A stretch of DNA of 41,168 bases from a phage. Below are positions 24,934 to 33,073 of the stretch, in pieces; the stretch's first letter is position 1, and the number at the start of each line of letters is the position of its first letter. The position numbers were made by a program, and so were the translations under genes. The stretch is taken from the NCBI GenBank assembly GCA_013027745.1, contig GCA_013027745.1_4329.1; one strand, 5' to 3'. The notes beneath the pieces were generated by a model, which saw nothing but the letters and a program-made list of their open reading frames with translations, was not told where the DNA came from and ran no database searches.

Positions 24934-25234
24934 CCGGGCCTCCTCGACGTGAGATGTATTCTCCGGCAACAATACCGGAGAGACGGGAATAAATAGGCAT
25001 CCAGAGAATAGCGATGATAAAGCCCAGGCCAGCGATTTCACGGTCGCCCGTGATACCGAACCATTGAGCTGCAAGAGGGGCGCCAAATACGGCGCAGGTG
25101 AAGCCGGTTGCGATAAAGCAGAAGCCATCGATAGGGCCAGAAATAACGGACTTATGTTGTCGTAGTCCGATGACCCCTCCGGCGAGTGCGGCAGCGAGAA
25201 GCCAGCCTGTCACTGTTTCAGTAAATTTATCCAA
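24926..25234 (-). CDS. holin
   Basis: 102 aa, multiple TM segments, charged C-terminus, directly upstream of the endolysin. Confidence 0.6.
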   Translation of the reverse strand: MDKFTETVTGWLLAAALAGGVIGLRQHKSVISGPIDGFCFIATGFTCAVFGAPLAAQWFGITGDREIAGLGFIIAILWMPIYSRLSGIVAGEYISRRGGPDE

Positions 25235-25309
25235 GATGAATCCTCCAGGTGCGTATTAAGTATGCAGTAACTGGAGGATACCACGGGTAGGAATTATCCT
25301 AATAACGGT

Positions 25310-25636
25310 TTATTTGTGTCTCCAGATGTATTGCCGTCTCTGCGGTTTCGTCGGAATATCATCGTACCCCAGCGATTTCCAGTAATTAAATAGCCGATTA
25401 GCGATAGCTGCGCGTTCCTGTGTTTTAAACTCACCGAGATTCACGGCCTTCCCGTTCTGGAATCCACAGGCGCGGACAGCTTTACGCCGTTCTGCCAGTT
25501 CATTGTAAGTTGCGTTACGCGCTCGCGTCTTAACTTTAGGCGACAGCGGCGCAAGGCCGCTTCGTTTCAGGATGTCAGTTGCTAACGACATCACTCCACC
25601 CCTTCCACATGTGTAACTGACCCACAGTTCGCGCAC
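25310..25636 (-). CDS. hypothetical protein
   Basis: Track ORF; the start may be the internal MSLATD at 25591. Confidence 0.4.
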   Translation of the reverse strand: MRELWVSYTCGRGGVMSLATDILKRSGLAPLSPKVKTRARNATYNELAERRKAVRACGFQNGKAVNLGEFKTQERAAIANRLFNYWKSLGYDDIPTKPQRRQYIWRHK

Positions 25637-25869
25637 TCGACGTAATCCGGGAACTGGTCTTTGTATTTCTGTAACTCAGCGTTTACTTCTGCCAGTCTTG
25701 ACACAAGCCCCTCGATTTCCATGTCCGTAGCGGTTATGTAGTCCTGGAAACTGCCGTCCAGTTCCTTGTAGTCCCCATAACGCACCCAGTCACCGTCTGC
25801 GTCTTTCTCTAAGTCAATATGCCCTGTAACACAGTCTTCTTTTAAATCGTATCTCTGCACCATAATCAC
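25591..25869 (-). CDS. hypothetical protein
   Basis: 92 aa acidic ORF, ATGA overlap with the upstream gene. Confidence 0.45.
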   Translation of the reverse strand: MIMVQRYDLKEDCVTGHIDLEKDADGDWVRYGDYKELDGSFQDYITATDMEIEGLVSRLAEVNAELQKYKDQFPDYVECANCGSVTHVEGVE

Positions 25870-26087
25870 TTCTCCTGTTTACCAAGTCGCTTAGGTGAGC
25901 AGATAGCGCGTACCTCTGAATCGTTGGGCTTATCGCCCTGAAACAGAAAGTGCGCGTTCTCTGCGGCGCGTGCTGCTGACTGGCACGCCTCTAATGAATA
26001 AAACGTTTCTGATGCCGCCAGTTGCATCTGGCCTGCGGACAATACCCAGATAAATAAGATGCTGGTCATCAGAAGTATTTCCCGCAC
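25866..26087 (-). CDS. small secreted/periplasmic protein
   Basis: Signal-peptide-like N-terminus (MTSILFIWVLSAGQMQLAAS) if started at 26069; three Cys. Confidence 0.45.
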   Translation of the reverse strand: MREILLMTSILFIWVLSAGQMQLAASETFYSLEACQSAARAAENAHFLFQGDKPNDSEVRAICSPKRLGKQEK

Positions 26088-26497
26088 GTTTTACATACTT
26101 TCGTACCGAACGGCGCGGAGCCATCTGTTATTACATAATAGAAACTGTGGGGGCATTCCTCGGCTTTAGTCTCACCGCAATTAATACATACCGCGGGTGA
26201 CTTACCCATAACGAATCGCCAGTTATGGTGGCATTCATGAGTATCGTCCTTACGGCAACCAGATTGCTCAGGTCCGTGTTCACCTTTGCGGATAAGTTTG
26301 TACGCCTCCACGTCACCAGTAGCTTGGGCCAACGCAATACGCAACTCCTTAATCTGCACCGAAGCATCACGTAACTGATTCTTAAGTGACTGCACCTCAT
26401 GCGCCAGGTCTTCACACTGTTGCTTGTACGGGTTGTTAGTTAACTGCTGCCGTAGTTGGTTAAGCAGGAACTCGATTACTGCGTCGTTGTTACTCAT
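26069..26497 (-). CDS. coiled-coil protein with Cys/His-rich C-terminal region
   Basis: 142 aa; C-terminal CxxC...C...CxxC pattern. Confidence 0.5.
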   Translation of the reverse strand: MSNNDAVIEFLLNQLRQQLTNNPYKQQCEDLAHEVQSLKNQLRDASVQIKELRIALAQATGDVEAYKLIRKGEHGPEQSGCRKDDTHECHHNWRFVMGKSPAVCINCGETKAEECPHSFYYVITDGSAPFGTKVCKTCGKYF

Positions 26498-26645
26498 CGC
26501 CGTTCTCCGACTTCTCGGTCAATACTATTTCGTCGCCTACTGTCTGTACGTCGAACCCTTGCAGCTTAGCGAAATGTAATGTTTGCTCTAACATACTTTT
26601 TGCCATTTCCTCAGCGTACATTGCTTGCACCACGAAATTATTCAT
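26490..26645 (-). CDS. hypothetical small protein
   Basis: Hand-derived 51 aa ORF overlapping neighbours at both ends. Confidence 0.3.
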   Translation of the reverse strand: MNNFVVQAMYAEEMAKSMLEQTLHFAKLQGFDVQTVGDEIVLTEKSENGDE

Positions 26646-26775
26646 CGTCTTCACCCCTTTTCTCATCGACCCCGACTAGCAGCGATTTAGTGTCACCGTC
26701 GCACACCGAAGTGCTACCCATTATTTCGTAAGCGTCTACCAGTTCACCTAATGCCCAGCTACCGTACCAGCCCAT
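26638..26775 (-). CDS. hypothetical small acidic protein
   Basis: Hand-verified 45 aa ORF (MGWYGSWALGELVDAYEIMG...), SD gagaggagag upstream, first gene after promoter. Confidence 0.35.
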   Translation of the reverse strand: MGWYGSWALGELVDAYEIMGSTSVCDGDTKSLLVGVDEKRGEDDE

Positions 26776-26804
26776 CTTCTCTCTCCTCTCGTTTCGATAA
26801 CTGA

Positions 26805-26833
26805 ATAGTAGTCTATTATATCTGTGTGTGCAA
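26805..26833 (-). promoter_or_regulatory. sigma70-like promoter, class I, minus strand
   Basis: Reverse complement reads TTGCAC-N17-TACTATTCAGTTATCGAAACGAGAGGAG; palindrome aatagtagtctatt at 26804-26817. Confidence 0.55.
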
Positions 26834-26840
26834 GTAAATT

Positions 26841-27014
26841 TTATTGGTGTGTTATTGAATCGATGAACGCCTGTAACTCGCGCTCCGCTTCTGCTTCTCT
26901 TTCTTCAAGCGACCAGGTACTGGATTCCTCTGTTGCCGTTGCTGAATCGGTTTTCACATCAATCATCGTGTCGATTAACGTGATTAGTCGTTCGGCCTGT
27001 TCTTTAGTAACCAT
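26841..27014 (-). CDS. hypothetical small acidic protein
   Basis: Hand-verified 57 aa ORF (MVTKEQAERLITLIDTMIDV...), SD gcaggaga. Confidence 0.35.
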   Translation of the reverse strand: MVTKEQAERLITLIDTMIDVKTDSATATEESSTWSLEEREAEAERELQAFIDSITHQ

Positions 27015-27147
27015 TATTGCATCTCCTGCAATAGTCGCTTCGATTGTCGCGTTTGGTGAAATAGAACAAAAATAAGAAAAATGATACGCTGCTGTGTAGC
27101 AGCGTAAGTCACTCAGTAAAATCCCAAACTATTGTTACAATATAACA

Positions 27148-27342
27148 TCACACATCAGGCGGCTCTGGTAACGGCATCCAGTGCGTCACTTCATCTCGCG
27201 AAAACCACCCAACCCCTGTGACATACCAGGCGCCATTTCTATCGTTGAACCATGCCACTCTGGAAACCATATCCATGTCGGTTATTATCACGTCACGGCA
27301 CGCCGTAGGCATCCGCTTACTACACTTAATCCACTTGCTCAT
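27148..27342 (-). CDS. DUF551-like protein
   Basis: 64 aa; C-terminal THWMPLPEPP motif. Confidence 0.55.
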   Translation of the reverse strand: MSKWIKCSKRMPTACRDVIITDMDMVSRVAWFNDRNGAWYVTGVGWFSRDEVTHWMPLPEPPDV

Positions 27343-27345
27343 AAA

Positions 27346-27489
27346 TCACCTCGTATTCATCACAGTTCTAACACCAGCTTTCCACGCCCGCCACGCGAGA
27401 CGCGTCTTAACATTCAGGTACTCTTTCTTTGAACCCTTGTTAACCGGCAGACCCTCGACTACCGCCCACCGTTCGAATGCTTCTCTCAT
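27346..27489 (-). CDS. hypothetical small protein
   Basis: Hand-derived 47 aa ORF between two track ORFs. Confidence 0.3.
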   Translation of the reverse strand: MREAFERWAVVEGLPVNKGSKKEYLNVKTRLAWRAWKAGVRTVMNTR

Positions 27490-27492
27490 AAC

Positions 27493-27693
27493 TTAGTCCT
27501 CCAGAACTTCGCATTCACGGTCGCGTATTAACAGTTCCTCGCCACGGTGTTCAACTAGGTGACCATAAACATTACTGAATGTGACCTCGAACTCATCTCC
27601 GACTGAGATACCGAAGTCACGTAACGAAGGGTCGCCATAATCCGGCGGCGGAACATAATCAACATCAGTTATACGAATTCTCATTAACGGCAA
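27493..27693 (-). CDS. hypothetical protein
   Basis: 66 aa ORF in the early minus operon. Confidence 0.45.
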   Translation of the reverse strand: MPLMRIRITDVDYVPPPDYGDPSLRDFGISVGDEFEVTFSNVYGHLVEHRGEELLIRDRECEVLED

Positions 27694-27977
27694 CCTCCCT
27701 CAGAGTCGTCGGCCCGAGCATCATGATTCGATGCCGTTCTCATAAACAATTTGCCCTTGCGCTGTAACAAGTCCATCGTTACCGCGCCAGCCCCTGACTT
27801 ATTAGGGCGACGCAGTATGCTAAAGTTCCATACCCTGGCCTTTGTTACGTCTCTGGCGTTACACACCCACAGAGCACCATTTTCTCTTAGTTCCAGTAAA
27901 TCAGAAATGTTGAAATTATTTACCGGGATAAACCCGTTAATGAACTGGAGTTCGCATTGAGGTAATTCTTCCATCAC
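27684..27977 (-). CDS. hypothetical protein
   Basis: 97 aa ORF in the early minus operon. Confidence 0.45.
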   Translation of the reverse strand: MMEELPQCELQFINGFIPVNNFNISDLLELRENGALWVCNARDVTKARVWNFSILRRPNKSGAGAVTMDLLQRKGKLFMRTASNHDARADDSEGGCR

Positions 27978-28165
27978 TTCGCCCCTTTGAATTTAAAATT
28001 GTTGCCGATGAGTTTCAGATTATCGCGTAAGGCGAACCCGGGTTTCTTTCTTACCAGACCCCATACGTCAACCAGCTTATCCTCGTCATACTCGTTCTCG
28101 TCCTGCAACACTATTACGTACTGTTCGCCTCGCTTCGATTTAACCAACTGACCACGTTTAAACAT
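27974..28165 (-). CDS. hypothetical protein (first gene of early minus operon)
   Basis: Likely ATG at 28165 (MFKRGQLV) with GAGGAG SD; directly downstream of the class I promoter. Confidence 0.5.
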   Translation of the reverse strand: MFKRGQLVKSKRGEQYVIVLQDENEYDEDKLVDVWGLVRKKPGFALRDNLKLIGNNFKFKGAK

Positions 28166-28199
28166 AACCCTCACTCCTCTGTCTCGTTTCGATAAGTGA

Positions 28200-28228
28200 A
28201 TAGTATCCTATTATGTTGGGGCGTGCAA
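28200..28228 (-). promoter_or_regulatory. sigma70-like promoter, class I, minus strand
   Basis: Reverse complement reads TTGCAC-N17-TACTATTCACTTATCGAAACGAGA; palindrome aatagtatcctatt at 28199-28212. Confidence 0.6.
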
Positions 28229-28381
28229 GAGAATAGTTACGTTGCCGTTGTGATTCTTCAGGTTTAATAGGATAGCGAGCGAAACGAAACGAACGGGGTG
28301 CCGAAGGCACCAAGAGTGAGTGAGTGAGCTTGCGGTTCTAACCTACGGCAAATCAGTAACTTAGATACTTAGGCGGGAATT

Positions 28382-28529
28382 ACAATAGACTATGGCCCTT
28401 CCGAATGCGCCAGCGAGGCTCACTCCACACGTCGAGACGTGCTCGTTTCGCCTGCCGCGCACCGCGGTCGCTTGTTCATACTTCACAAGCTCAGGACGAG
28501 CTTACCATATTTCTTAGTAAAAGTCAATA
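28382..28529. repeat. ~147 bp intergenic repeat, copy B
   Basis: Matches copy A at 15566-15712; identical 34 nt core at 28461-28494; variable middle. Confidence 0.7.
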
Positions 28530-28574
28530 TCAGTAGCATCTTTTGCATCTTAGTAACTTTGTGCGGTGTTTTGG

Positions 28575-28603
28575 TTGCTTTTACATTCCCGCTATCCTAT
28601 ACT
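28575..28603 (+). promoter_or_regulatory. sigma70-like promoter (TTGCTT-N17-TATACT) for the AlpA-like gene
   Basis: -35 at 28575-28580, -10 at 28598-28603, then SD aggag and ATG 28635. Confidence 0.5.
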
Positions 28604-28634
28604 CGTTTTCACCAAATCAACAGGAGATATAAAA

Positions 28635-28817
28635 ATGCAGCATTACATGACACAGAATGAGGTAGCCGAACGTATCGGGGTGACACGCCAGACAATTAAC
28701 AACTGGTTGCGCAGTGGTAAATTCCCGGATTGTTGTATTAAAGTTATGGGCCGCCGTTTGCCTGGTACATTTGACCGTAATAAAGTTGAAGCGTGGATTA
28801 AGGAGAACGTGGAATGA
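28635..28817 (+). CDS. AlpA/excisionase-like HTH DNA-binding protein
   Basis: MTQNEVAERIGVTRQTINNWLRSGKFP...VEAWIKE resembles AlpA-family winged HTH regulators. Confidence 0.65.
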   Translation: MQHYMTQNEVAERIGVTRQTINNWLRSGKFPDCCIKVMGRRLPGTFDRNKVEAWIKENVE

Positions 28818-29026
28818 TTGGGCGTATGGGTTGTTACTTTGAGAACGGTAAAGTTAAATACTGGTTTAAGTTTGCGTCAGAAATTACTGACAGTGGATTC
28901 TACGCAGAAATATGTAAGCCTAATCATTTGTCGGAACCGACGCGCATTATTAAGATGCCAGTAGACGTGTTAAGTAAATGTCGTTTCTATGATTCAGCGC
29001 ACGCGTGGTTTTCTGGCGGTAAATAA
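28814..29026 (+). CDS. hypothetical protein
   Basis: 70 aa ORF, ATGA overlap with the upstream gene. Confidence 0.45.
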   Translation: MIGRMGCYFENGKVKYWFKFASEITDSGFYAEICKPNHLSEPTRIIKMPVDVLSKCRFYDSAHAWFSGGK

Positions 29027-29094
29027 AAGAAACCCCAACGCCAGAACGTCGGGGCCGAAGCACAAATCATCAAAGTAAGCACAAGGATTATACA

Positions 29095-29223
29095 ATGACG
29101 AAGTTAATAGTTCCACAGCTACGCCGTCAGAAACACGGCGCTGACTTCTTCGCACCGGTAAAGATGAACCGCGCAATGCGCCGTATGCAGGAAGCCTTAG
29201 AACGTGCGGAGAAAAAGAAATGA
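29095..29223 (+). CDS. small basic protein
   Basis: Hand-verified 42 aa ORF (MTKLIVPQLRRQKHGADFF...AEKKK); its TGA overlaps the primase ATG. Confidence 0.35.
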   Translation: MTKLIVPQLRRQKHGADFFAPVKMNRAMRRMQEALERAEKKK

Positions 29224-31481
29224 ATATTGTTTTTGCAACGCTGCGCAACACATTCGATAAAAACCCAGTAGCGCGTGAGATGCCGCTGGGGCAGTTTGTG
29301 GAGTATGTCTGCGACACATCGAAGCGTTTATCCGTGGATCCGTCGTGGTCTAAGGAAGAGTACGACGCTGCCAAGATTAAGCAGAAAGCTATTGCGCCTG
29401 TTGGGGGCCGCCGTAAAAACGCTATCCTGGAAGACAGTGTGGTTAAGTTCGACTTCGACCATCTCAACCGTACTCAGTACCGAGACCTGACACGCAAATT
29501 CAAGAACGCGACGTTCTTCAACATTCTGCACACAACGGCATCGCATCAGCATGCGTGTAAAAACGGGGATTACGCATTCCGCGTTCTGGTTCCGGCTCGC
29601 ACTCCGTTTAACTCTAACGATGCGTGGATGGTGCAACGGGCTATTTGTGCAGAGTTAGAAATAGACGAAGCGTTGCGCGACCACTGCACGGAAGATGGCA
29701 ACCGCCTTATCTACCTGCCGCACAAAGAGTCGAAGATAACGGTTACAGAAGGGCGTGTTATCCGTGCCGAGCGGTACATCAAGAAAGCCGAAGAGATGGG
29801 GTTGCGTAAACGCGAATCTAAGACACTTGCCGCCGATGAGCATGGGCTTAACGCTGACATTGCGCATTTCTGCGAAGCTGAGCTCGGCCTTGACGCTTTA
29901 TCCTCCGGCCGAGGGTATGAAGTGCCATGCCCCAACGAGCATCTGCATACAGGCAAAGGCTCCACCAGCATCATGCTCGATGGTAAAGAAGTGCGCTTTG
30001 TATGCCAGCACACAAACAATGGCGCTTGCACTGAGCTTAACCGTCGGCAACATTTGGCCCTGCGTATGTGCGGCCTTCCGGATGAGCTTAACGTAGACAA
30101 GCAACCTATCAGTATTAACAGCATTCGTGCGGCTTTGCCTGACTTGCCTGACGAAGAGATTGAAGAACTGCACCGCACAGAGAACGAGGCGCCTGTAACT
30201 TGCACGCTGGAAGACCTTGAAGACGAGCCGGAAGTAGAAAAAGAACCCGCTTACTCCGTCGTAGATGGCCTTATGCAGACTAACGAATCGTTCTACATTT
30301 GCGCAAAGTCTCACACGGGTAAGTCAACATTTAGTATGGCGATTGACGCTGCTATAGCTGCCGAAAAGAGATATGCGTTCGGCGGGGCTGAGGTTGCAGA
30401 AGGACACGCATTTATCTTCGCCGGTGAAGGTGCGCAGTCGTTCGAGAGGCATAAAAAATCTTTGCAGATTGCTCTTGGCGATAACCTGGACCGCTTACAC
30501 ATTATCGATTGTGTTGCGGATGGTTGTAACTTACTTGACGAAGCATGGCGGCGTCAGGCGGTGAGAATGATGCGCCGTGTTGCCGGTGAAGAGAAAATTG
30601 TAAAGGTTACGTTCGACACCCTACAAACCTGTATACCTGGCTTCGACGAAAACGACAACCGGTCTATGAAAGAAGCGGCGCAGGCTCTTAATGAAATAGC
30701 ATCGATGCTTAATGCTGCGGTGGGGGCTATGGTGCACCCGACTAAAAATATCGACGAAACAGTACCGTCGGAGAACGGCATGATGCCGAAGGGTGGAAGT
30801 GACTTTCACAACTCCATCGATAACGGTATGTTCCTGCACAAGCCGGACAACGACAATAATTTAGAGATAAACCTGTATCACATAAAGAACCGAAACGGAG
30901 AACGGCAGAAAGCCAGAGGATTCGTAATACAGAAGATTCAGATAGCGGAACCACCAGAAAAGAAAGAACCAACTCACAACTTTATGGGACTCCCGGAAGG
31001 GTACAGTAGTGACGATGTCCGCGATTTTGACGCAGGAAACCCGCACATCGATGTCTTTGTTAACTTCAACGCCTTCTCTGTTTTCGTGAAGAAAGTAGAA
31101 GGCATGACCGACGAACAGAAGGAAGCCGTTAAAGAAAAGGTAGGCCAGTTCGAGAAAATGGACACCAAAGAGGCTACGGTTATTTACGCATTGGGTAAAT
31201 TGCAGGAACAGGGCGACGATAAGCGAGGGTTCTCTATGTCGGCTATCGTCAAAGCCGCGAAAGAAGATAGTTACGGCGTACCGATTAACGCTAATAACGA
31301 CCTTCGAAAGAAACTTGAAGAGATGCACGAGGCCGGGATTATCGTCTCGGGTCTGGATAACAACAACAGACCCATACCTAAGCAGTACCGACTGCCGTGG
31401 GGCATAAACGACAACAAGATTCCGAAGACAATATACGAACCGAATGAGATGTTAACAGTGACCGAGGAGGATTTAGAATAG
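29220..31481 (+). CDS. DNA primase/helicase (AEP-type primase-polymerase domain plus P-loop helicase domain)
   Basis: N-terminal AEP motifs FDFDH and ASHQH; central Walker A AKSHTGKST; 753 aa; ends in VTEEDLE. Confidence 0.7.
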   Translation: MNIVFATLRNTFDKNPVAREMPLGQFVEYVCDTSKRLSVDPSWSKEEYDAAKIKQKAIAPVGGRRKNAILEDSVVKFDFDHLNRTQYRDLTRKFKNATFFNILHTTASHQHACKNGDYAFRVLVPARTPFNSNDAWMVQRAICAELEIDEALRDHCTEDGNRLIYLPHKESKITVTEGRVIRAERYIKKAEEMGLRKRESKTLAADEHGLNADIAHFCEAELGLDALSSGRGYEVPCPNEHLHTGKGSTSIMLDGKEVRFVCQHTNNGACTELNRRQHLALRMCGLPDELNVDKQPISINSIRAALPDLPDEEIEELHRTENEAPVTCTLEDLEDEPEVEKEPAYSVVDGLMQTNESFYICAKSHTGKSTFSMAIDAAIAAEKRYAFGGAEVAEGHAFIFAGEGAQSFERHKKSLQIALGDNLDRLHIIDCVADGCNLLDEAWRRQAVRMMRRVAGEEKIVKVTFDTLQTCIPGFDENDNRSMKEAAQALNEIASMLNAAVGAMVHPTKNIDETVPSENGMMPKGGSDFHNSIDNGMFLHKPDNDNNLEINLYHIKNRNGERQKARGFVIQKIQIAEPPEKKEPTHNFMGLPEGYSSDDVRDFDAGNPHIDVFVNFNAFSVFVKKVEGMTDEQKEAVKEKVGQFEKMDTKEATVIYALGKLQEQGDDKRGFSMSAIVKAAKEDSYGVPINANNDLRKKLEEMHEAGIIVSGLDNNNRPIPKQYRLPWGINDNKIPKTIYEPNEMLTVTEEDLE

Positions 31482-31498
31482 GTAAAAAGAAAGGGGCG

Positions 31499-31714
31499 TT
31501 AAGCCCCTTCGCCTAACGCCAGCCACTTGGCATCTACTTGCAGCACTTCCGCCAGTTTAAACAGCGTCGTCGGACGTACGTCCTGAGTTACTCCAAGTGC
31601 CAGCTGGTTAATCGCGCCCTGGGAAACGCCAGCCAGGACCGCCAGACGGCGCTGGGAGATGCCGAGTTCTTTGCGGCGTTGTTCTACACGGATGCCTAGT
31701 TCAGATGGTTGCAT
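31499..31714 (-). CDS. Cro/CI-type (XRE family) HTH transcriptional regulator
   Basis: 71 aa; RRKELGISQRRLAVLAGVSQGAINQLALG HTH; SD AAGGAG; divergent from a plus promoter. Confidence 0.75.
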   Translation of the reverse strand: MQPSELGIRVEQRRKELGISQRRLAVLAGVSQGAINQLALGVTQDVRPTTLFKLAEVLQVDAKWLALGEGA

Positions 31715-31744
31715 GTCAGTTACTCCTTAGTCAGTTGATATGTG

Positions 31745-31758
31745 AATAGTACCATATT
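31745..31758 (-). promoter_or_regulatory. -10 region and near-palindromic operator for the HTH regulator gene
   Basis: Reverse complement contains TACTATTCA (-10) in aatagtaccatatt; no good -35 found. Confidence 0.4.
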
Positions 31759-31778
31759 AATTATTTTAGAAAAGCCCA

Positions 31779-31808
31779 TTGACAACATGAATAGTTCGCT
31801 ATTATAGT
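31779..31808 (+). promoter_or_regulatory. sigma70-like promoter, class II (TTGACA-N18-TATAGT) with operator palindrome
   Basis: TTGACA 31779-31784; aatagttcgctatt 31790-31803; TATAGT 31803-31808. Confidence 0.6.
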
Positions 31809-31840
31809 TAGCCTATATCAAACGAGAGGAGAGAAACAAA

Positions 31841-31990
31841 ATGACCAATAACCGCAAAGCGAAGATTCTGTTAGGCCTTGATATTGCATTTGGGGCTAAA
31901 GAAACCGCACGATACCGCGTAAGCAACAATCGCGTTGGCTTCTTCGACAAAGCTACAGGTCAGTTAGTTAAAACCGTTAAGTATAAATAA
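31841..31990 (+). CDS. small basic protein (first gene of plus early operon)
   Basis: Hand-verified 49 aa ORF (MTNNRKAKILLGLDIAFGAKE...); SD gagaggagag. Confidence 0.4.
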   Translation: MTNNRKAKILLGLDIAFGAKETARYRVSNNRVGFFDKATGQLVKTVKYK

Positions 31991-32005
31991 ACAGGAGAGA
32001 AACAA

Positions 32006-32473
32006 ATGTTAGAGAAATTCTTAGTATTACTGGAACGTTTCGTAGTTGCACATGAACTGATTGCTGCGAACAGTGCGAAACAGGTTGTCGTTGCGGAAAC
32101 TGCAACAATCGAGCCTACTGTTGCAAAAGAAGCAACAAAAGAAATACCGGTCGAAGGTGAAGACATCGTCGACACTAAACCGGCAGAAGAAGAGAAGCCG
32201 AAACGCAAGCCGCGTAAAGCTAAAGTAGAGGAACCAACGCCAGAGCCGGAAGAGAAGGAAGAAGTCGATTATCAGTCTCTGCGTGACCAGATTCAGGCTA
32301 TCGACGATGCGATTAACGAAGGTCCGAGCGATGCCGCGTGCGATGATTCTGACGAACTGCTGGAAGAGTTCACCGGTAAGAAAATGAAGATTGCTGCGAT
32401 TAAAGACGAAGACCTGGCCGAATATCTTGAGCGCCTGACGGCAATCAAGAACAAGTATTTCGAAGAAGAATAA
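32006..32473 (+). CDS. strongly acidic protein (candidate DNA mimic / anti-restriction)
   Basis: 155 aa; my count gives 41 D/E versus 22 K/R; SD aggagag; second gene after the switch promoter. Confidence 0.55.
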   Translation: MLEKFLVLLERFVVAHELIAANSAKQVVVAETATIEPTVAKEATKEIPVEGEDIVDTKPAEEEKPKRKPRKAKVEEPTPEPEEKEEVDYQSLRDQIQAIDDAINEGPSDAACDDSDELLEEFTGKKMKIAAIKDEDLAEYLERLTAIKNKYFEEE

Positions 32474-32500
32474 CTATCTCGCGGCCTTCGGGCCGCTTTA
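32470..32500 (+). terminator. possible rho-independent terminator / attenuator
   Basis: gcggcc-ttcg-ggccgc hairpin followed by tttaact; coordinates approximate. Confidence 0.4.
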
Positions 32501-32516
32501 ACTGAGGGTCGGAATT

Positions 32517-32804
32517 ATGAAATACGAAGATATGAGTGATTTTGAAATTAACTGCCGTGTGCACGCAGAGGTTATGCAAATTTCAGGATTGAATTCGTTT
32601 AAGGCCAAAGACTACTGCAACAACCCATCTGATGCATGGCCTGTAATAATTGATAATCACATATCAATTGAATGCGTTACGGTTAACCGACATACGTTTA
32701 CATATCGCGTGTATCACTCGGCATCATTCACCAAAAGTACGCACGAAAACCCCCTTCGTGCCGCCATGATTGTCTTTCTGAAAATGCAGGAGAAGGCGCA
32801 ATGA
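32517..32804 (+). CDS. hypothetical protein
   Basis: 95 aa ORF, SD-like gagggtcgg upstream. Confidence 0.45.
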   Translation: MKYEDMSDFEINCRVHAEVMQISGLNSFKAKDYCNNPSDAWPVIIDNHISIECVTVNRHTFTYRVYHSASFTKSTHENPLRAAMIVFLKMQEKAQ

Positions 32805-33073
32805 TTTACCAACTCTACCGCGCCGTAGACAGGCGGGATAACACAGAGGCGCTATGGCTATTGCGTGCGCCGTCCGGTGCGCACCAGATGGAAGAGATGG
32901 CGTACTTAGGCAAAGTACCGCAGCCCAAAGATATAGGCCGTCACGTGTCGCAGATTAAGCGCACGACTTTCGCCAAGCCAGACTTTTATGTCTTCGAGTC
33001 GATGTATGGGTGGGCCATGCACTGCGAACATAAGACACGGCATTTAATTGACCAATGGGAGAACAGGGTATGA
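32801..33073 (+). CDS. hypothetical protein
   Basis: 90 aa ORF, ATGA coupling at both ends. Confidence 0.45.
   Translation: MIYQLYRAVDRRDNTEALWLLRAPSGAHQMEEMAYLGKVPQPKDIGRHVSQIKRTTFAKPDFYVFESMYGWAMHCEHKTRHLIDQWENRV

Noticed and set aside
28281-28328. GAAAC direct repeats and a (GAGT)n microrepeat as a possible CRISPR-like or tandem repeat array
   Set aside because: Only 3-4 units of 4-5 bp with no spacers; far too short for a CRISPR array. Retained only as context for repeat copy B.
28635-28817. AlpA-like protein as an excisionase implying an integrative element
   Set aside because: No integrase, attP or tRNA target is present in the window; more likely a transcriptional regulator of the replication operon.
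29328-30502. Minus-strand ORFs (29328-29636, 29655-29867, 29711-30205, 29898-30314, 30311-30502) opposite the primase/helicase
   Set aside because: Overlapping antisense frames within a large motif-supported gene; no independent support.
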